Positions 62,645 to 64,000 of a stretch of 64,000 bases of DNA are shown in pieces. This stretch comes from a virus: IMG/VR virus record IMGVR_UViG_3300032431_000003, positions 13,926 to 77,925 of that record. One strand, written 5' to 3'. The position numbers were made by a program, and so were the translations under genes. The notes under the pieces were generated by a model that was not told the DNA's origin, searched no databases, and was given only the letters and a program-made list of their open reading frames with translations. Positions within the stretch are counted from its first letter, which is position 1. Every line of letters starts with the position of its first letter.

Positions 62645-63389
62645 GGATGACTTCGCAGGCAATGGCATAATATTCTTCCCTTTCGGCTAAGCCCAAGGCT
62701 GGATCGGTTCCATTAACTCTACGGGAAACTTGTCGGCAGGTCGCCCCGGAATCAATGAAAGCGTTGATTTCGTTGTCATGCCACCAGAACCCCGACGGGA
62801 TAAATCGAGGTACGTCTTTCTTCACATACTCAATACCTTCCATTACCCTGGGGTCTTTAAGATAGTTGGAGAGCCTTCGGTAGTTATATCTGCCCGTAGT
62901 CTGAATTGGATCAAAACCCTTGAATCGCATCCCATCGCCTTCTTCAACGTTTCCTAGGTCTTCTCGTCCTTCGTAGGCAGAGCCGTCGGCTATCTCTTCA
63001 AAGTATCTCAAGCCACCGGACTCGTGGGCTATTTGGGCAAGGAAATGGCGTATCTGTGCCGGGGTGGAGATATTGAATACCTCCATTGAGCCGTTCAGCA
63101 TTACCAAGTCCTCTGGAGCTATTCTATTGTTGCAGATGAATTCAACTTGAAACTGAGTTAAAGGTAAGCAAGAAGTCTCTGCTCGACTTTTAATCAACGA
63201 CTGCAATGTCTTCGGTCCAACAATGCCATCTACGACTAATTCGTTGGACTCTTGGAAGCTTTTGACGGCGGAATCGGTGATTGCGCCAAAGTGTCCGTCG
63301 GGAAGACTAAGCAGTCCGGCAGAAGAAAGAGCTTGCTGAAGGAGGAATACTCTCCTCCCTGAATCGCCTCGTTTAAGAGTAAAGGGCAT
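62637..63389 (-). CDS. endolysin: PG-binding domain + glycoside hydrolase family 19
   Basis: LKRGDSG..V..LQ PG-binding domain; HFLAQIAHESGG, LGN, QTTGRYNY, SGFWW and RRVNG motifs. Confidence 0.88.
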   Translation of the reverse strand: MPFTLKRGDSGRRVFLLQQALSSAGLLSLPDGHFGAITDSAVKSFQESNELVVDGIVGPKTLQSLIKSRAETSCLPLTQFQVEFICNNRIAPEDLVMLNGSMEVFNISTPAQIRHFLAQIAHESGGLRYFEEIADGSAYEGREDLGNVEEGDGMRFKGFDPIQTTGRYNYRRLSNYLKDPRVMEGIEYVKKDVPRFIPSGFWWHDNEINAFIDSGATCRQVSRRVNGTDPALGLAEREEYYAIACEVIHE

Positions 63390-63444
63390 AATTATCTTGT
63401 TTAGAGGGTGTTCCTCTATTGTACCCAAAAAAATCGTTGCTCAT

Positions 63445-63663
63445 CTAGCTTAGGAACTTCCTGGAAGTGAACGGAGAGTTTATATTCTCCCTGGGGACAA
63501 TGAAGGGCTTTGGAGGGACATCGTGACCTGAGTGGGCGTTGAATTCTGTGTTGGGTCGAGGGATTGCCTTGGGTTTCTTGTTGCCCTTCGTGGGTGCATT
63601 CTTCTTGTCTATCCAACCTATTGCTTTCTTTTCTTTGTTGGTCAGCCGCTTAACTTTTTTCAT
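63445..63663 (-). CDS. small basic hypothetical protein
   Basis: ATG at 63663 (MKKVKRL), 72 aa. Confidence 0.5.
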   Translation of the reverse strand: MKKVKRLTNKEKKAIGWIDKKNAPTKGNKKPKAIPRPNTEFNAHSGHDVPPKPFIVPRENINSPFTSRKFLS

Positions 63664-63710
63664 GATTCTCTCGCTTTGATATTCGGATAGCAGTATATCA
63701 AAGTTGACCG

Positions 63711-63831
63711 CAAAAAGTAAAGCCCTCAACTTTTTACAGTCAAGAGCTTTACTTTTTGGTCGGGGAGGCGGTATAATCCGAGTATCAAAGCAGAGAAACC
63801 TGCCAACCCAATTTCTTTGTTCTTTGATACT
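63711..63831 (+). promoter_or_regulatory. promoter overlapped by a palindrome and followed by a hairpin
   Basis: TTTACT-N18-TATAAT (63748-63777); 13-bp inverted repeat arms at 63711-63723 and 63746-63758; AGTATCAAAG/CTTTGATACT at 63781-63831. Confidence 0.5.
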
Positions 63832-64000
63832 AGCACTCCCTTAACCAGAATGCAAGTATTTAAGCCAAATTTGGGGAGCTTTGATTGTCGCAGGATAGTG
63901 GGCAGCTGTATTCCTGTATGGTGAAGACTTGCACAACTCAGGGCAAGACTGAACTTACTCCGAGTTAGGCGGGGTTAAAACGCCCTCCCAATGACGTAGG

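Noticed and set aside
63664-63729. AVNF motif in the TTG-extended 63445..63729 ORF as another cargo leader
   Set aside because: The extension runs through a palindromic regulatory region; the ATG at 63663 is the more plausible start
63900-64000. Possible IS200/IS605- or omega-RNA-like sequence at the window end
   Set aside because: Only vague resemblance and truncated by the window edge; no associated ORF visible

Overview
This window is part of a large tailed-phage (or prophage) genome with a long non-contractile, siphovirus-like tail. The host is probably a cyanobacterium, inferred from a Cph1/Rcp1-like kinase-regulator pair, cyanobacterial-style hypothetical proteins and IS200/IS605-like hairpins. 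Most virion genes are on the minus strand: a giant MuF/gp7-type head protein, a Mu gpI-like prohead protease, an acidic scaffold, a decoration protein, a lambda gpE-like major capsid, neck proteins, the major tail protein, tail chaperones with a -1 frameshift, a ~2600-aa tape measure and tail-tip/fibre genes. The portal, thyX, dcd and a two-component cassette are inserted on the plus strand. No terminase, integrase or DNA polymerase is visible in the window. The most striking system is a duplication-built array of small, very Lys/Arg-rich proteins between the protease and scaffold genes (40.3-45.2 kb), with further copies elsewhere. They carry an acidic/aromatic leader ending in [A/I/S]-[E/N]-F, and related motifs sit at domain boundaries in the protease, scaffold and MuF protein. 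This suggests a capsid-targeting, protease-matured cationic cargo system, analogous to T4 internal proteins. Other highlights are a phage-borne XRE + histidine kinase + two-receiver cassette, an FtsK/TraB-like translocase operon with wall hydrolases and membrane proteins, divergent genes whose start codons overlap in one CATG palindrome, a tRNA-like RNA with an internal pseudoknot, and several candidate frameshifts. All functional calls come from motif recognition by eye; no searches were run.
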